Source of the DNA: Octopus sinensis
Lineage: Eukaryota
Direction: 5' to 3'
Assembly: GCF_006345805.1 (NCBI RefSeq)
Contig: NC_043005.1
Location: 11,408,001 to 11,472,000, forward strand
DNA: 64,000 bases
The stretch's first letter is position 1. Each line of letters opens with the position of its first letter. The position numbers and the translations under genes were made by a program. This document shows positions 39,284 through 52,876 of this stretch, one piece after another. The notes beneath the pieces are model-generated. The model had not been told where the DNA came from. It saw only the letters and a program-made list of their open reading frames with translations, and ran no database searches.

Positions 39284-39946
39284 TACTACTACTATTATTA
39301 TTATTATTTTTATTATATCCTCTAAGGCGGCGACGTGGAAGAGTCGTTTGACCAAATTCTCATATCATTTTGTCCGTCTTTGCATTTTTATTTCAAATTA
39401 TGCTGAGTTCGAGTTTGCATTTTATCCTTCTGAGGTCGATAGAATAAGTACCAGTCGAGTGCTGAGGTCAAAATATTCGGCTTGCCCCTTCCTCCTCCCC
39501 CAAATGGCTGGACTTCTGCCTTTATCAGAAAGAATTTTAATTTGTCTCAGTCTCCTTCTGATTACATTGGAACGTATACTCTTTCGCTTCTTGTGGAAGG
39601 CAGCTGTTCTGATAGCTGGTGATCTTTCAGCTGTCAAGGCCAGAACATCTCCAGCGCTTCCTTGACGCTGAACAGGTGTGGTCGCCGATCGCCAGACACG
39701 TTTTTGCTCAGAGTTCTACGTTGGCTATCCTTGCGGGGTGGATAAAATAGTCGGTGTCATCGACGTGACCCCACCTCCCACGTGTTTTTAAGTTAAAATT
39801 CTGCCGATGTCAACTCTGCCTTTGATCTATACAGGGTTGACAAAATTAAGTAGGAGTTTCATATTTTTGTGGATGGTATTGCCTAACACCTCCAATCAAA
39901 TTCGTAGACTTGTACCTTAATTAGAAACAATAATTACAACATTAAC

Positions 39947-40374
39947 AGGTGTAGGAGTGGCTGTGTGGTAAGTAGCTTGCTTACAAACCATATGGTTCCG
40001 AGTTCCGTCCCACTGCGTGGCACCTTGGGCAAGTGTCTTCTACTATAACCTCGAACCGACCAAAGCCTTGTGAGTGGATTTGGTAGACGGAAACTGAAAG
40101 AAGCCCGTCGTATATATATATATATATGTATATGTGTGTGTGTGTGTATATATCTTTGTGTGTTAGTGTTTGTTCCCCCCACATCGCTTGAAAACCGAAG
40201 CTGGTGTATTTACGACCACGTAACTTAGCGGTTCGGCAAAAGAGACTGATAGAATAAGTACTAGGCTTACAAAGAATAAGTCCCGGGGTCGATTTGCTCG
40301 ACTAAAAGCGGTGCTCCAGCATGGCCACAGTCACATGACTGAAACAAGTAAAAGAGTAAAAAAGTAAAAAAAGT
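39947..40374 (+). mobile_element. SINE family A
   Basis: Full copy. Confidence 0.9.
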
Positions 40375-40660
40375 ATCACTATATTTACCGCAACAGGGAA
40401 CGAATCACTAAATTCTATAAATTCAATTTATGTTGAAACCATATTGTATTATAGATAGCAGAGTGTTTGAACTCTCAAGCAGAGCACTAGTTTGACATGT
40501 GCCACCTCGGTCATATTTCATAGTTTGCATTGCTTGCACGACATATTTTATTGAAAATTTCTTGCTCCCCCACCTCTACAAAATATTACTAGCACTGACT
40601 GCGCAAGAGGTTCGCAAGAGGGTGAGAGGTTCGCGTTATCAGGTTGTTAAATATTGTTTC

Positions 40661-41045
40661 GGAGGCGCAATGGCCCAGTGGTTAGGGCAGCGGACTCGCG
40701 GTCGTAGGATCGCGGTTTCGATTCCCAGACCGGGCGTTGTGAGTGTTTATTGAGCGAAAACACCTAAAGCTCCACGAGGCTCCGGCAGGGGATGGTGGTG
40801 ATCTCTGCTGTACTCTTTCACCACAACTTTCTCTCACTCTTACTTCCTGTTTCTGTTGTACCTGTATTTCAAAGGGCCGGCCTTGTCACTCTCTGTGTCA
40901 CGCTGAATATCCCCGAGAACTACGTTAAGGGTACACGTGTCTGTGGAGTGCTCAGCCACTTACACGTTAATTTCACGAGCAGGCTGTTCCGTTGATCGGA
41001 CCAATTGGAACCCTCGTCGTCGTAACCGACGGAGTGCTTCCACAC
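40661..41045 (+). mobile_element. tRNA-derived SINE family B with 12-bp TSD
   Basis: TSD aaatattgtttc at 40649-40660 and 41046-41057. Confidence 0.93.
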
Positions 41046-41285
41046 AAATATTGTTTCAGTTTATCTCCGGTAAGTTATGCGCTATATTAATCAACGTTTA
41101 TACCGTAGCCATTCTGTTTTGATTGTAGGAATATTGTTCGAAGATTTGTTGCTGACGCCGTTGTAATTCCTTTTGTTTGTTGATGTTATTGCTATTATCG
41201 TTGCTGACACTCTATTTTGTTAATTACGATTCTATTTCTTGTGTCTGTATAACCTATATTTATCAAATATTTTCAACTATTACAG

Positions 41286-42433
41286 GTTGTACGGCATTAC
41301 ACTACTCAGTGAGGTCAGGAAATGTTGAGATCACTCAGTTGTTGATAGATTATTTTGTTCGCTACAGAGTCGCTTTAGATACTCTAAATAACGAAGGACA
41401 CACGGCTCTTGATGATGCACACGAACAAGGATATGAGGAATGTGCGGAAATATTGATGAATGCAGTTAAAACATGCACTGACGAGCATCCTCTATGTAAC
41501 CAGTTTGATGATTTAAATATTTCGAAAGAAGAGAGCAACAGAACTCAAGAAATGAACTCCAGTTTAACAACCTCAACTGACGAACCACCTATTGCAATAT
41601 TTCAACAGAGTCCTTCAACTTCCTTAAAGCCTAAATCCATGACGGAACACAAAAAGAAGACTGAAACATTCACCGCCCCTGCTGTGACTATTCGTGTAGG
41701 GGAAAACCCTGTAACAGGCACAAAAAGTAAACGATATGCAAACATGAAGTGTATGAAATCATTATCAGAAAAAAACTCTAAGTATTCTGGCGGCATTAGA
41801 CAACGTGAGTCGGTGTACAAAATGCTAACGCCAAGAAGTATTTACGTTCTTAATCAAAGAAGAAAACCCAATGAATGGAATGTTACCAAGTTGATAATGG
41901 AAAAACTTAAAGATTACCGCAATAATCCTGCTTATTTCATGATGAATATTGAAAACTTGCGACATTCAACATCAGACGTGAATGAAGTTAAAGAATATTC
42001 AATAATAAGAAAAAAACACAACAGTGAAAAGTGTTATCCGTTATATGAAAATAGCAGCGATTGGCGAAGAGATTTGAAGAAAATATTTTCGCATTATGAA
42101 TACCATTGTTCATTATCCTACAGATCTTCAGCGTGCAAACGGGAAATACCTTTCATAGCAAACATAGAAGAGTTTGTCAAAGACACCGAAACTAACAGCT
42201 TAACGGAAAAGGTTTCCCGGCGTCAGCGACGTCCAAGTAATTTCTCCCGTACTTCTGCATTTGCAGACGCTACGGCTCACCGCAAAATGAAATCCCGTCG
42301 ATCTTCTGTCATGTCTCAGAATGCTCCGTCTGTGAATAATGTAGCACGCACTGGGACTACGCCTAGAGAATATTCAAGAACAATTAGCAGTGAATCTACC
42401 AGAAGTACCTCATCTTCTCATAAAGTCTTATGA
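41286..42433 (+). CDS. Terminal coding exon of an ankyrin-repeat protein (tentatively ANKRD63-like), phase-1 start
   Basis: Acceptor ttttcaactattacag|GT TGT at 41285/41286. Translation (G)CTALHYSVRSGNVEITQLLIDYFVRYRVALDTLNNEGHTALDDAHEQGYEECAEILMN gives two ankyrin repeats, then a ~320-aa S/T/K/R-rich tail, with TGA at 42431-42433. The ORF-track start at 41177 reads intronic sequence. The spacing L..F.R..L.LD..N..G.TAL..A...G...C resembles ANKRD63 from memory, not from a search. Confidence 0.88.
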
Positions 42434-42524
42434 AATAATAATAATAATGATGATGATAATAATAATAGGGCTTCGTACATTTTACCCCAGTGTCACTTTG
42501 ATGGCATGCACTGCTCTCTCACTC

Positions 42525-42525
<1 letters not shown>

Positions 42526-42600
<75 letters not shown>

Positions 42601-42768
42601 GTAATAATAATAATAATAATAATAATAGTAGTAATAATAATAATAATAATAATAATAGTAATAATAATAATAATAATAATAGTAATAATAATAATAATAA
42701 TAGTAATAATAATAATAATAATAGTAATAATAATAATAATAATAATAATAGTAATAATAATAATAATA

Positions 42769-42804
<36 letters not shown>

Positions 42805-42810
42805 GTAGTA

Positions 42811-42877
<67 letters not shown>

Positions 42878-42914
42878 TATAGTAATAATAATAATAATAA
42901 TAGTAATAATAATA

Positions 42915-42947
<33 letters not shown>

Positions 42948-42989
42948 GTAATAATAATAATAATGATAATAATAATAATAATAATAATT

Positions 42990-43022
<33 letters not shown>

Positions 43023-43068
43023 GTAATAATAGTAATAACAATAATAATAATAATAATAATGATAATAA
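42526..43068. repeat. ~540-bp (AAT)n tract with AGT interruptions
   Basis: Direct reading; lies just downstream of the ankyrin stop codon. Confidence 0.95.
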
Positions 43069-44125
43069 TTGAGAAAATGACTGATGCAATTCAATACCGG
43101 GAAGAGCTTGCGCACTCAGCAACAGAAACCAACACACAATGCTGCGTACACCTCAGCAACACCGAAGCGCAGCAGGTGATGCAGTAGGAATTTACTTGAA
43201 ACTACCAAATTTTGAACAATAACAACAACAACAACAATAATAAAGCCTAATTTAAGCAGAAGACCAACATTTTGACGGGTACTTTATTTCCTAGAACCCG
43301 AAAAGATGAAAGGTAAGGCTGATCTCGGCGGGATTCCAATTTAGATCGTAAAGAGCTTTTAACTATGACTATTATCCAATAAAGTTGCATGTTTCAACGA
43401 ACTTGCAACGGATTAAGCTTTGTGCGCTATCGCATAGATTTGAATCTTAACACCACTATTCTCAGTTCATATGTTTCTAATGTGCTATTTGGTCCCTAAA
43501 ATCTGTTTCGCCCTTTCTATAATTATATCTTTCTTTCTCTCTATGGTCTTTATTGTCTGTCCCCCCCCCCCCCCATTTTTTTTTCTCCCTTCTTTGACAT
43601 TCTCTGTCACTGACGTCTGTCATACCAGCAAGAGACGAACACATTATATATTCTTCACAAATATCCTTCTCGTTGATTTTTCATTCCTTGCTATTGATTC
43701 TATTTTTCCATTTTTTAATTTTTCTTTCTTCCTACATCACACCCTTCAACATACATTCGCACACACATGAATACACATGCTTAAACGCATAGATACATAT
43801 ACATACAATACATACATTATATGTGTGAGTCCATATGTGTCTATATGTGAGTATAGCTGTATACGTTCGGCAAAATATGCTTAAAATCGATGTCTCCTAA
43901 TACTGTGATTTTGTTTATAACTGGTGGTAGATATATAAACAAAAGGAATTTTAAGAAATCCCCTAAAGACGTATATCGCTGTACTATGACAGTAGTAAAT
44001 CTGGAAAAATACTTGAGCAGGATAATATTAATGCAAATAATGCACCAAGCTGTGACACAAGATATGTTGTTAGAGAAACCATTTTAGTTTGCAAAATAAT
44101 ATTCGTTTATGATAGCTGTAACCAT

Positions 44126-44288
44126 AGGCGCAGGAGTGGCTGTGTGGTAAGTAGCTTGCTAACCAACCACATGGTTCCGGGTTCAGTCCCACTGTGTGGC
44201 ACCTTGGGCAAGTGTCTTCTGCTATAGCCCCGGGCCGACCAATGCCTTGTGAGTGGATTTGGTAGACAGAAACTGAAAGAAGCCTGTC

Positions 44289-44352
<64 letters not shown>

Positions 44353-44912
44353 ATGTGTGTGTTTGTGTGTCTGTGTTTGTCCCCCTAGCATTGCTTGACA
44401 ACCGATGCTGGTGTATTTACGTCCCCGTCACTTAGCGGTTCGGCAAAAGAGACCGATAGAATAAGTACTGGGCTTACAAAGAATAAGTCCCGGGATCGAT
44501 TTGCTCGACTAAAGGCGGTGCTCCAGCATGGCCGCAGTCAAATGACTGAAACAAGTAAAAGAGTAAAAGAGTAAAAGAGTATCTAATTGTAGTCTACATA
44601 GGCAAAAATACATTTGCGAGACCCCTACTCTAGTTTAGACAAGCCTTCCATTATCGTACGCCGTTATCGTACAAAAACATCAAAGATAAAAAAAAGTTTA
44701 ATATACGTATAGGCGCAGGAGTGCCTGTGTGGTAAGTTGCTTGTTTACCAACCACATGGTTCCGGGTTCAGTCCTACTGCGTGTCACCTTGGGCAAGTGT
44801 CTTCTACTATAGTCTCGGGTCAACCAATGCCTTGTGAGTGGATTTGGTAGACGGAAACTGAAAAGAGGCCCATCGTATATATGTATATATATATATATAT
44901 TATATATATATA

Positions 44913-44994
<82 letters not shown>

Positions 44995-45785
44995 GTGTGT
45001 ATATGTTTGTGTGTTTTTGTTTGTCCACACCCCAACATCACTTGACAACCGATGCTGGTGTGTTTACGTCTTCGTAACTTAGCGGTTCGGCAAATGAGAC
45101 CGATAGAGTAAGTACTAGGCTTACAAAGAATAAGTACTGGGGTCAATTTTCTCGACTAAAGGCGGTGCTCCAGCATGGCCACAGTCAAATGACTGAAACA
45201 AGTAAAAGAGTATACACTAGATCGTAGAAACAGTTATTTTTTTTTTTATGAATTCAAAGTCTCCTGTTTGCTAAAAGATGTAAAAACACAGTTTGAAATA
45301 TTCTGGCATTGATTTTTACGCATGCTTCATTTCTTAGAACAAATTTGTATATCAACACGGCAGGAGTGGCTGTGTAGGCGCAGGAGTGGCTGCTTGATAA
45401 GTAGCTTGTTTACCAACCACATGGTTCCGGGTTCAGTCCCACTGCATGGCACCTTGGGCAAGTGTCTTCTAGTATAGCCTCAGGCCGACCAAAGCCTTGT
45501 GAGTGGATTTGGTTGACGGAAACTGAAAGAAGCCCGTCGTATATATGTATATATATGTGTGTTTGTGTGTCTGTGTTTGTCCCCCTAGCATTGCTTGACA
45601 ACCGATGCTGGTGTGTTTATGTCCCTGTTACATAGCGGTTCGGCAAAAGAGACCGATAGAATAAGTACTGGGCTTACAAAAGAATAAGTCCTGGGGTCGA
45701 GTTGCTCGATTAAAGGCGGTGCTCCAGCATGGCCGCAGTCAAATGACTGAAACAAATAAAAGAGTAAAAGAGAGTAAAGAGTAAA
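44126..45785 (+). mobile_element. Cluster of three same-orientation family-A SINEs (44126-44580, 44711-45211, 45359-45785)
   Basis: Each has head, microsatellite core and tail. The third has a duplicated 17-bp head. Confidence 0.9.
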
Positions 45786-47181
45786 CAAAATGAGAAGGTT
45801 CTCTGTCTTTCCTATTACTGTCTTTCATATTGTTTGGAATAAAAGTAAGTTTCCCTTAAATCGTCCCCAACATCTCTACAAGAAAGAAGATCATATTAAA
45901 CAATGGAGTCTCTGCCACTCAGGTGGTAGAATTAACATGTCCGTTTTACCTTTACCGTCTGATCCTTATATGCTTTTAGCAGAGTTCTTTCTGTGATGAA
46001 CATTTGGTTTCAAATTTTGGCACAAGGCCAGCAAGTTCGAGGAGGAGATAATACAATTACATCGACCCCAGTTCTTATCTGGTACTTATCTTATCCAACC
46101 GGAAAGGAGGAAAAGCAAAGTCGACCTCAGTGGAATTTGAACTCAGAACGTAAAGATGGACGAAAGACCACTAAGTATTTTCCTGGGGTGGTAACGATTC
46201 CACCAGTTCACCGCCTTCTTCTATTGCAAACAATTTTGACCCCGTCACTGGTTTAACGATACGTTCCTCCTTATCTCTTACCTGTTTTAGAAGCCGTGTG
46301 AAGCATCATAGGCTTCGCATTCTCTCATTGTTGTACGGTGTATAAAATATCGAGTAACGAGGTCATATAATGAGAGCTAGGAAGAATGTATACAGGAAAG
46401 AATCTTTGTTTAATTGAATACAAACGGTAAAACTAGAAAGAAGACAATGAAATTAAGAACAAGAGAAAAGTGATAATTAGTATTATGTAATTACAAACTC
46501 ACCACGGGTGTTCTTGTAATTTGCCTTCACTACAACTTGAGTAGGCATATAAAGACATCCCAGACTTTATAAACCCGTTTTCTTTTTCTGTTTAAGCGTA
46601 GATTATCTCGGCAAATGATATGGCGTTTGAAAAATAAGATCACTCGTTATAATGATCATATAACTTATACAATGTGGTATAGACACTATGTCTGAAGAAA
46701 AGATGTGCAGTTGTTGTCTAGCTTTAAGCCAGCCCTGATGAAGCTAATCTATGGTCGGAAACGTTTTTGCCATGATCGTCTCTTCATTTATTCACTCACT
46801 GTGAATCAAAGAGATTTTTCTTTCATTTTTAGCGTGTCGAACTGCTACATAAAAGCTATTTAGTAGATCTAGTTAGGGTAAACGTGTAGTTGTTTTCAAA
46901 CCACTATGTCATTTGTATCCATGTGTGTTTGTGCAATTATGTTTGCGAGAGCATGTTTGTGTATGTGTGTGCGCATGCGCGTGTGTATGTTTTCCTTTGA
47001 GGTGATCTAATACCACTTCAGGTTTACACACACACACACACACACGCACACACACACACATATACGCTGTTGTAGAAATGAATCAATAACCGAAGCTGAG
47101 AGTGTCTTGTTTGCATAGCACTTTATTTCGTGGCATGATAAACAACCATTTGTAAATATTTGTAACGAAAGAACACGCACA

Positions 47182-47250
<69 letters not shown>

Positions 47251-48117
47251 ACACACACACCACACCACACACGCTCGCAAACTGACACTAAAGGATTTTC
47301 ACAGAGTCTAAACCTACGAACAGATGATAATTATAATTCATTTCATGTTCATTTTATGACCTAACTAAAATACCAATTCAAATACCTATGACATTGTCAA
47401 GGACTCCAAAGAAACAGGAAGGAAGGAAGGAAGGAAGGAAGGAACGGAGGAAGAGACAAAAGAAAGAAAGTATCTTCAGACATGAATTCTAGTCCGAATA
47501 TGGGGTGGAATCCACAAAATACATCAAAGGGACAAATGGTTGTGTTAATCCAGGTGGCAGATTAAATCTCCAGGTAACACAAAAATGGTCATTCTGAAGA
47601 GCGTCACAAGGCTCCGTCTAACAAATTTCAATTGCAAAGAATTGCTCGATCTTACACTATAGCAGATTCCCTCGTCGCGGATACTCTGTAATTGGATTGA
47701 ACACGAAACCGCCCGATTGCAAAGGGGATGTCTTACCTGTATAACCATATCTGAACTAAGAAACAATGCATTGTTTAAAGCTGTTATAGATGATATCTTA
47801 CATAAGCAACAGACATAATTAAAAGTAACTTTCACCGACAAGAACTGATTATACAACAATGACCAATGAATGAAGTTGATTAGTCTGGATCTTGCTTTCT
47901 AATTGAACGTGTATTTAGGTCTTCTTCTAGTTTTAATTATCTAAAATCTTGTAAGGAACGTGGTGGCTTTTATATATCTCTCTCTCCCCCCTCCGGCTGG
48001 AAACTGATGAGATATATTGCTAAATAAGTTCTAGTAACATAATGACATTCAATAAAAAAAAGGCACATTTGTTTCGAAATTTACCACATGTTTTAATATC
48101 AAACTTATTACTTCATA

Positions 48118-48319
48118 TCAAGTATATATATCGTTAATATATCTTCAAGAAAAACCAAATCCACTGTATCAAGTATATATATCGTTAATATATCTTCAAG
48201 AAAAACCAAATCCACTGTATCAAGTATATATATCGTTAATATATCTTCAAGAAAAACCAAATCCACTGTATCAAGTATATATATCGTTAATATATCTTCA
48301 AGAAAAACCAAATCCACTG
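48118..48319. repeat. Minisatellite, 4 x 51 bp
   Basis: Unit tcaagtatatatatcgttaatatatcttcaagaaaaaccaaatccactgta; copies essentially identical. Confidence 0.95.
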
Positions 48320-48830
48320 CAGACACTAATAAAAAGAGGAGTAAAACTATTACTTTAGACATTAAAGATGATTTCATACAAAAAGGCACAGTAAAAACAC
48401 ACACGTAAACACAAGAGAGATAAGTTTTAGTGAAACAGCGTTTCAAAAACTTTTGGGCTAAATGAACGAGCATTGGGCTCAAGGCAGCGTATGAATATTA
48501 AAAGAAACCGAAGTCGGTAATTGTTGGAATGGACTTTTGAGCAATACATTGATCTGAAGATTTCAATCAAAAGAGAATTCCAATTGATACTAGTAATATT
48601 TCGATCAAAAGAAAGGAAGCCGTTATCAAAGAGTGACTGTAAAATAAAATGTTGGTCAGAAAATTTTCAAAACACGAACAGATATGAAATATATCAAAAT
48701 AAAGAAACTACACATGTAAAAGATGCTGTAACTAAATATATTGCTTAATTAATGAAAATAATCTAAGAAAATAATAAGGATGAGAAAATAATAATAATAA
48801 GAAGAAAATAATAATAAGAAAATAATAAAG

Positions 48831-48886
<56 letters not shown>

Positions 48887-48887
<1 letters not shown>

Positions 48888-49310
48888 GGCGTAGGAGTGG
48901 CTGTGTGGTAAGTAGCTTGCTTACCAACCACATGGTAGCGGGTTCAGTCCCACTGCGTGGCATCTTGGGCAAGTGTCTTCTACTATAGCCTCGGGCCGAC
49001 CAAAGCATTGTGAGTGGATTTGGTAGACGGAAACTGAAAGAAGCCTGTCGTATATATATATATATATATATATATAGATATATGTATGTGTGTGTTTGTG
49101 TGTCTGGGTTTCTCCTCCCAACGTCGCTTGACAACCGATGCTGGTGTATTTACGTCCCCGTAACTTAGCGGTTTGGCAAAAGAGACCTATAGAATAAGTA
49201 CTAGGCTTCCAAATAATGAGTCCTGGGGTCGATTTGCTCGACTAAAAAGGCGGTGCTCCAGCATAGCCGCAGTCAAATGACTGAAACAAGTAAAAGAGAG
49301 AGTAAAGAGT
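48887..49310 (+). mobile_element. SINE family A
   Basis: Full copy directly after (AAT)n. Confidence 0.9.
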
Positions 49311-49569
49311 ATGATCATAAAATTTTCAACATTAGCATTTCAACTGGCATTTTCTGAAAAAGAAACAAAAATTTTAAGAAAAGAAGCAAAGCCTTGCAAC
49401 CAGGTCAGACAGTATCAAATGACTGCTGCAGCGTTCTTTTACAAGGTAGCAATGTTAGAGAGACTTTGAATTAATGCAATGTTTATTTGTCGAATGATGA
49501 AGCAAACAGCTTTTTTAAGTCTGCAACATTTAATCTCTTCCATTTTATTTAGCGATAAAATAAGCAAAA

Positions 49570-50070
49570 GGGTTTTTTTTTAATCTTTAACGTGTTTCAG
49601 TTATTTGACTGCGGCCTAACTGGAGCACTGCCTTGAATAGTTTAGTGGGATGGAGCAATACAAGTAGATATTTTTTCTGAGCCTGATACAAATTATATCG
49701 TTCGCTTTTTGCTGTACTGTTATGTTACGGTGACATTAACAACCCAGCACCAGTTGTCGAGCGGCGATGGGGGACAACAGAGAAGCACTCAGTTATATAT
49801 ATATATATATATATATTCAGATACTCATACACGCACACATACATGCACACACATATATACACATGCGCAGGCAAACACACTCACAGACACACGTACACAC
49901 AAATGCGCGCACGCACACACACTTACACACACAAAAACACTCACACACATATTCATACATACGAGAGATTCTTTCAGTTTCCGTCTCCCAAATCCACTAA
50001 CAAAGCTTTGCTCGGCCCCGGACTACAGTTGAAGAATTTTGCCCAAAATGCCACATTCGGAACGCCTGCG
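49570..50070 (-). mobile_element. Degraded SINE family A
   Basis: Tail and part of head recognisable. Other partial A copies at 6467-6637 (+), 17600-17846 (-) and 52575-52830 (-). Confidence 0.65.
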
Positions 50071-50307
50071 CCCATCAGTTACATTAAATTTGAAGATCGT
50101 TTTGCATTGTTTAGCTCAGAAGTTGAATATTATCGAAAATAGAATTTAGTTTCTGAAGCTCATTTCAACCTCGATAATGGCATTGACTCAACTTACTTTA
50201 CCAAATTATTGCTTTATTCTGCACCACATAACAGAGCATCGAAGATGTACATAATAGGTATAGGAAGCTACAATGTACCAGACAATAGTAGCTTATTATA
50301 GTTCAAG

Positions 50308-50688
50308 AGTGGAGACGCAATGGCCCAGTGGTTAGGGTAGCGGACTCGCGGTTTCGATTCCCAGACCGGGCGTTGTGAGTGTTTATTGAGCGAAAACACC
50401 TAAAGCTCCACGAGGCTCCGGAAGGGGATGGTGGTGATCCCTGCTGTACTCTTTCACCACAACTTTCTCTCACTCTTACTTCCTGTTTCTGTTGTACCTG
50501 TATTTCAAGGGGCCGGCCTTGTCACTCTCTGTGTCACGCTGAATATCCCCGAGAACTACGTTAAGGGTACACGTGTCTGTGGAGTGCTCAGCCACTTACA
50601 ACTTAATTTCACGAGCAGGCTGTTCCGTTGATTCGGATCAACCGGAACCCTCGTCGTCGTAACCGACGGAGTGCTTCCATTCCATTCC
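50308..50688 (+). mobile_element. tRNA-derived SINE family B with 13-bp TSD
   Basis: TSD attatagttcaag at 50295-50307 and 50689-50701, with a (TTCCA)n tail and a 14-bp head deletion between tcgcg repeats. Confidence 0.93.
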
Positions 50689-51692
50689 ATTATAGTTCAA
50701 GGACTTCTGCACATTTAGGAAAAAAAATGTTGGGAAAAAAGTGACACCAAAGAAACATTTTAAACTAATAACCAGTTATGAGAAGAAAGGGCTTTTTGAC
50801 TGTTTGTGCTGTGGCTAGAAAACTCCTGTAAATAAATTTATTGAAGAAATTGCCTTCATTGGAAGAGGCCTTCATTTCGAGGATGTTAAAGTGGGAAACG
50901 TTTATGAATATTTGGTTTTGCGTTTAAAAGAATAATATAATGGGAATGACGTTTAAATTGAGAACTAATAGCCATAATAAAGACGTCAATCAATGCGAAT
51001 AAAGGAAAGTATCTTGGAGAAAATGTATTTGCTAGAACTTGGCAAATTATTTCTGTATATAACCGATCAAAATAACGATCATCCAAATACCTATGGAAGT
51101 GTACCCGTTCAGCGATGTATAAACGTTATTCAGACGTCTCATTATGGAAAAATATATAATGTGAAAAATAATACAAAATTTGTTCAAATAGCAGTTAAAC
51201 TACTATTCTACTACCATAAGATATCTCCCAAACAGCAATACTCTATAACTGACGCAGGTACAGAGAGAAAAAAACTAACGAATCCACCCGGCCTTGATTA
51301 ACTATATACGCGTTTCGGAGTTAAAGAGATGTAAAGAGATATATTTCTACTCACTTATTCCCTTTCCTCAGTATAGTATTTCAAGTTCTAAATTTGAGAG
51401 AACTGACAATCAACATACGTACTCGACCAAGCGCCATAGAATAGCATATATCCAAAAACCAGTAGTTCCGAATTCAAACAGACGAATGAGATCTCGCATT
51501 CTTCATCAACCATCCACGTGTGCCATGAGTAATTCCGTAGAAATTGCAGTTTACTATCAGGGAGTGAATTAATTAATCAATTAATAATTAATTAATTAAT
51601 CAGTTAATAATTAATAATTTTACCAGGTATTTCGGTATATTAAAAGAACCATTATCGGCAATCTTATACAAAAATTCTATAATATAGAATTT

Positions 51693-51721
<29 letters not shown>

Positions 51722-51724
<3 letters not shown>

Positions 51725-52060
51725 CTTATTATAAAAGGCAGATTTTATCTGCCTCCCTTTGGGAGTTATACAAATCTACAATATAGGATTTCTTCAATTA
51801 CAATTTACCTAGCATTTTTAAGAGTACAATGCATCGCGTCATGCCAGGTCCAGTTTTTAAAATTTAAACTCCAATTAAGCAAAATTTACAGAAAACTCAC
51901 ATTCTGGTGTGTGTGTCAAATGCTTTTCTTAGTCTGGTTTACACCACACGCAAACGCACACACACAGTGGGCAACGAATAAAATGAAAGTAATTCACTTA
52001 CTGTAGTGAGTGATTCTTTCACTCTGCCTCCCACTTCCTCTTTCCACACATAGACACGCA
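51722..52060 (+). mobile_element. Probable Helitron 5' portion (family H4)
   Basis: a|TCttattataaaaggcagattttatctg head after (AT)n. No 3' terminus seen. Confidence 0.35.
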
Positions 52061-52087
52061 AATATATCAATAAAATTGTAAGCTAAC

Positions 52088-52131
<44 letters not shown>

Positions 52132-52237
52132 GTGTGTGTGTGTGTGTGTGAGGGTGCGTGGTGTGTGTGTGTGTGCGTGAGTGTGTGACAGGAAAGTTTT
52201 TTACGACCAATATAAGACCTATATCCAAGTAGCAGAA

Positions 52238-52503
52238 AGATAAGACAGTAAGGTGCGATTTGAGGGAGATTTGGCTGCTATTTCTACCATGTCTAGCTGC
52301 CATGTAGGGGTCTCCCTCATAGGCTCATACATACATATATACATAGATAAGACAGTAAGGTGTGATTTGGGGGAAATTTGGCTGCTATTTCTACCAGGTC
52401 TAGCTACCATGTAGAGGTCCCCCTCATTGGCTCATATATATATACATACATAAGACAGTAAGGTGTGATTTGAGGGAGATTTGGCTGCTGTTTCTACCAG
52501 GTC
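52238..52503. repeat. Tandem repeat, ~2.5 x ~105 bp
   Basis: gataagacagtaaggtg(c/t)gattt...gatttggctgctatttctacc units separated by short (AT/AC) runs. Confidence 0.85.
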
Positions 52504-52824
52504 TGTTAGGCCTTCTCATGTAAACTCAAGCTTTCTCATGCCTTGAACATAAGACCAAAGCAGAGAATGTATTCTTTTATTCTTCTGCTTTTTCCAGCCA
52601 TTGGTCTATGGCCATGCTGGGGCAATGCCTTGAAGAATTGTAGTTTAATGAATCAACTCCAGTTTTATTTTTGTAAGCATTGTACTTATTCTATCTGTTT
52701 CCTTTGTCAAACCACTAGGTGACAGGGATGTAAACAAACCAACATTCGTTGTCAAGCAGTGGTGGAGGACAATCACAAGCACAGACACGCACACACGCAC
52801 ACATACATGCATACACATATACAC

Positions 52825-52855
<31 letters not shown>

Positions 52856-52876
52856 TATGTGTGTATATATATATTG

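Noticed and set aside
41177-41285. N-terminal 36 aa of the 418-aa ORF
   Set aside because: Intron-like pyrimidine-rich sequence ending in a good acceptor, with a non-ATG start.
42390-43187. Poly-N/I/Y/L ORFs
   Set aside because: Read-through of the (AAT)n tract.
46730-46785. CTGATGA...GAAACGTT possible hammerhead
   Set aside because: Stem II and stem I do not pair.
47737-47780. Minus-strand micro-exon ending CAG|gtaaga
   Set aside because: Good donor, but several equally weak acceptors and no coding support.
48118-48319. CRISPR-like regular repeats
   Set aside because: No unique spacers; this is a plain tandem repeat in a eukaryotic context.
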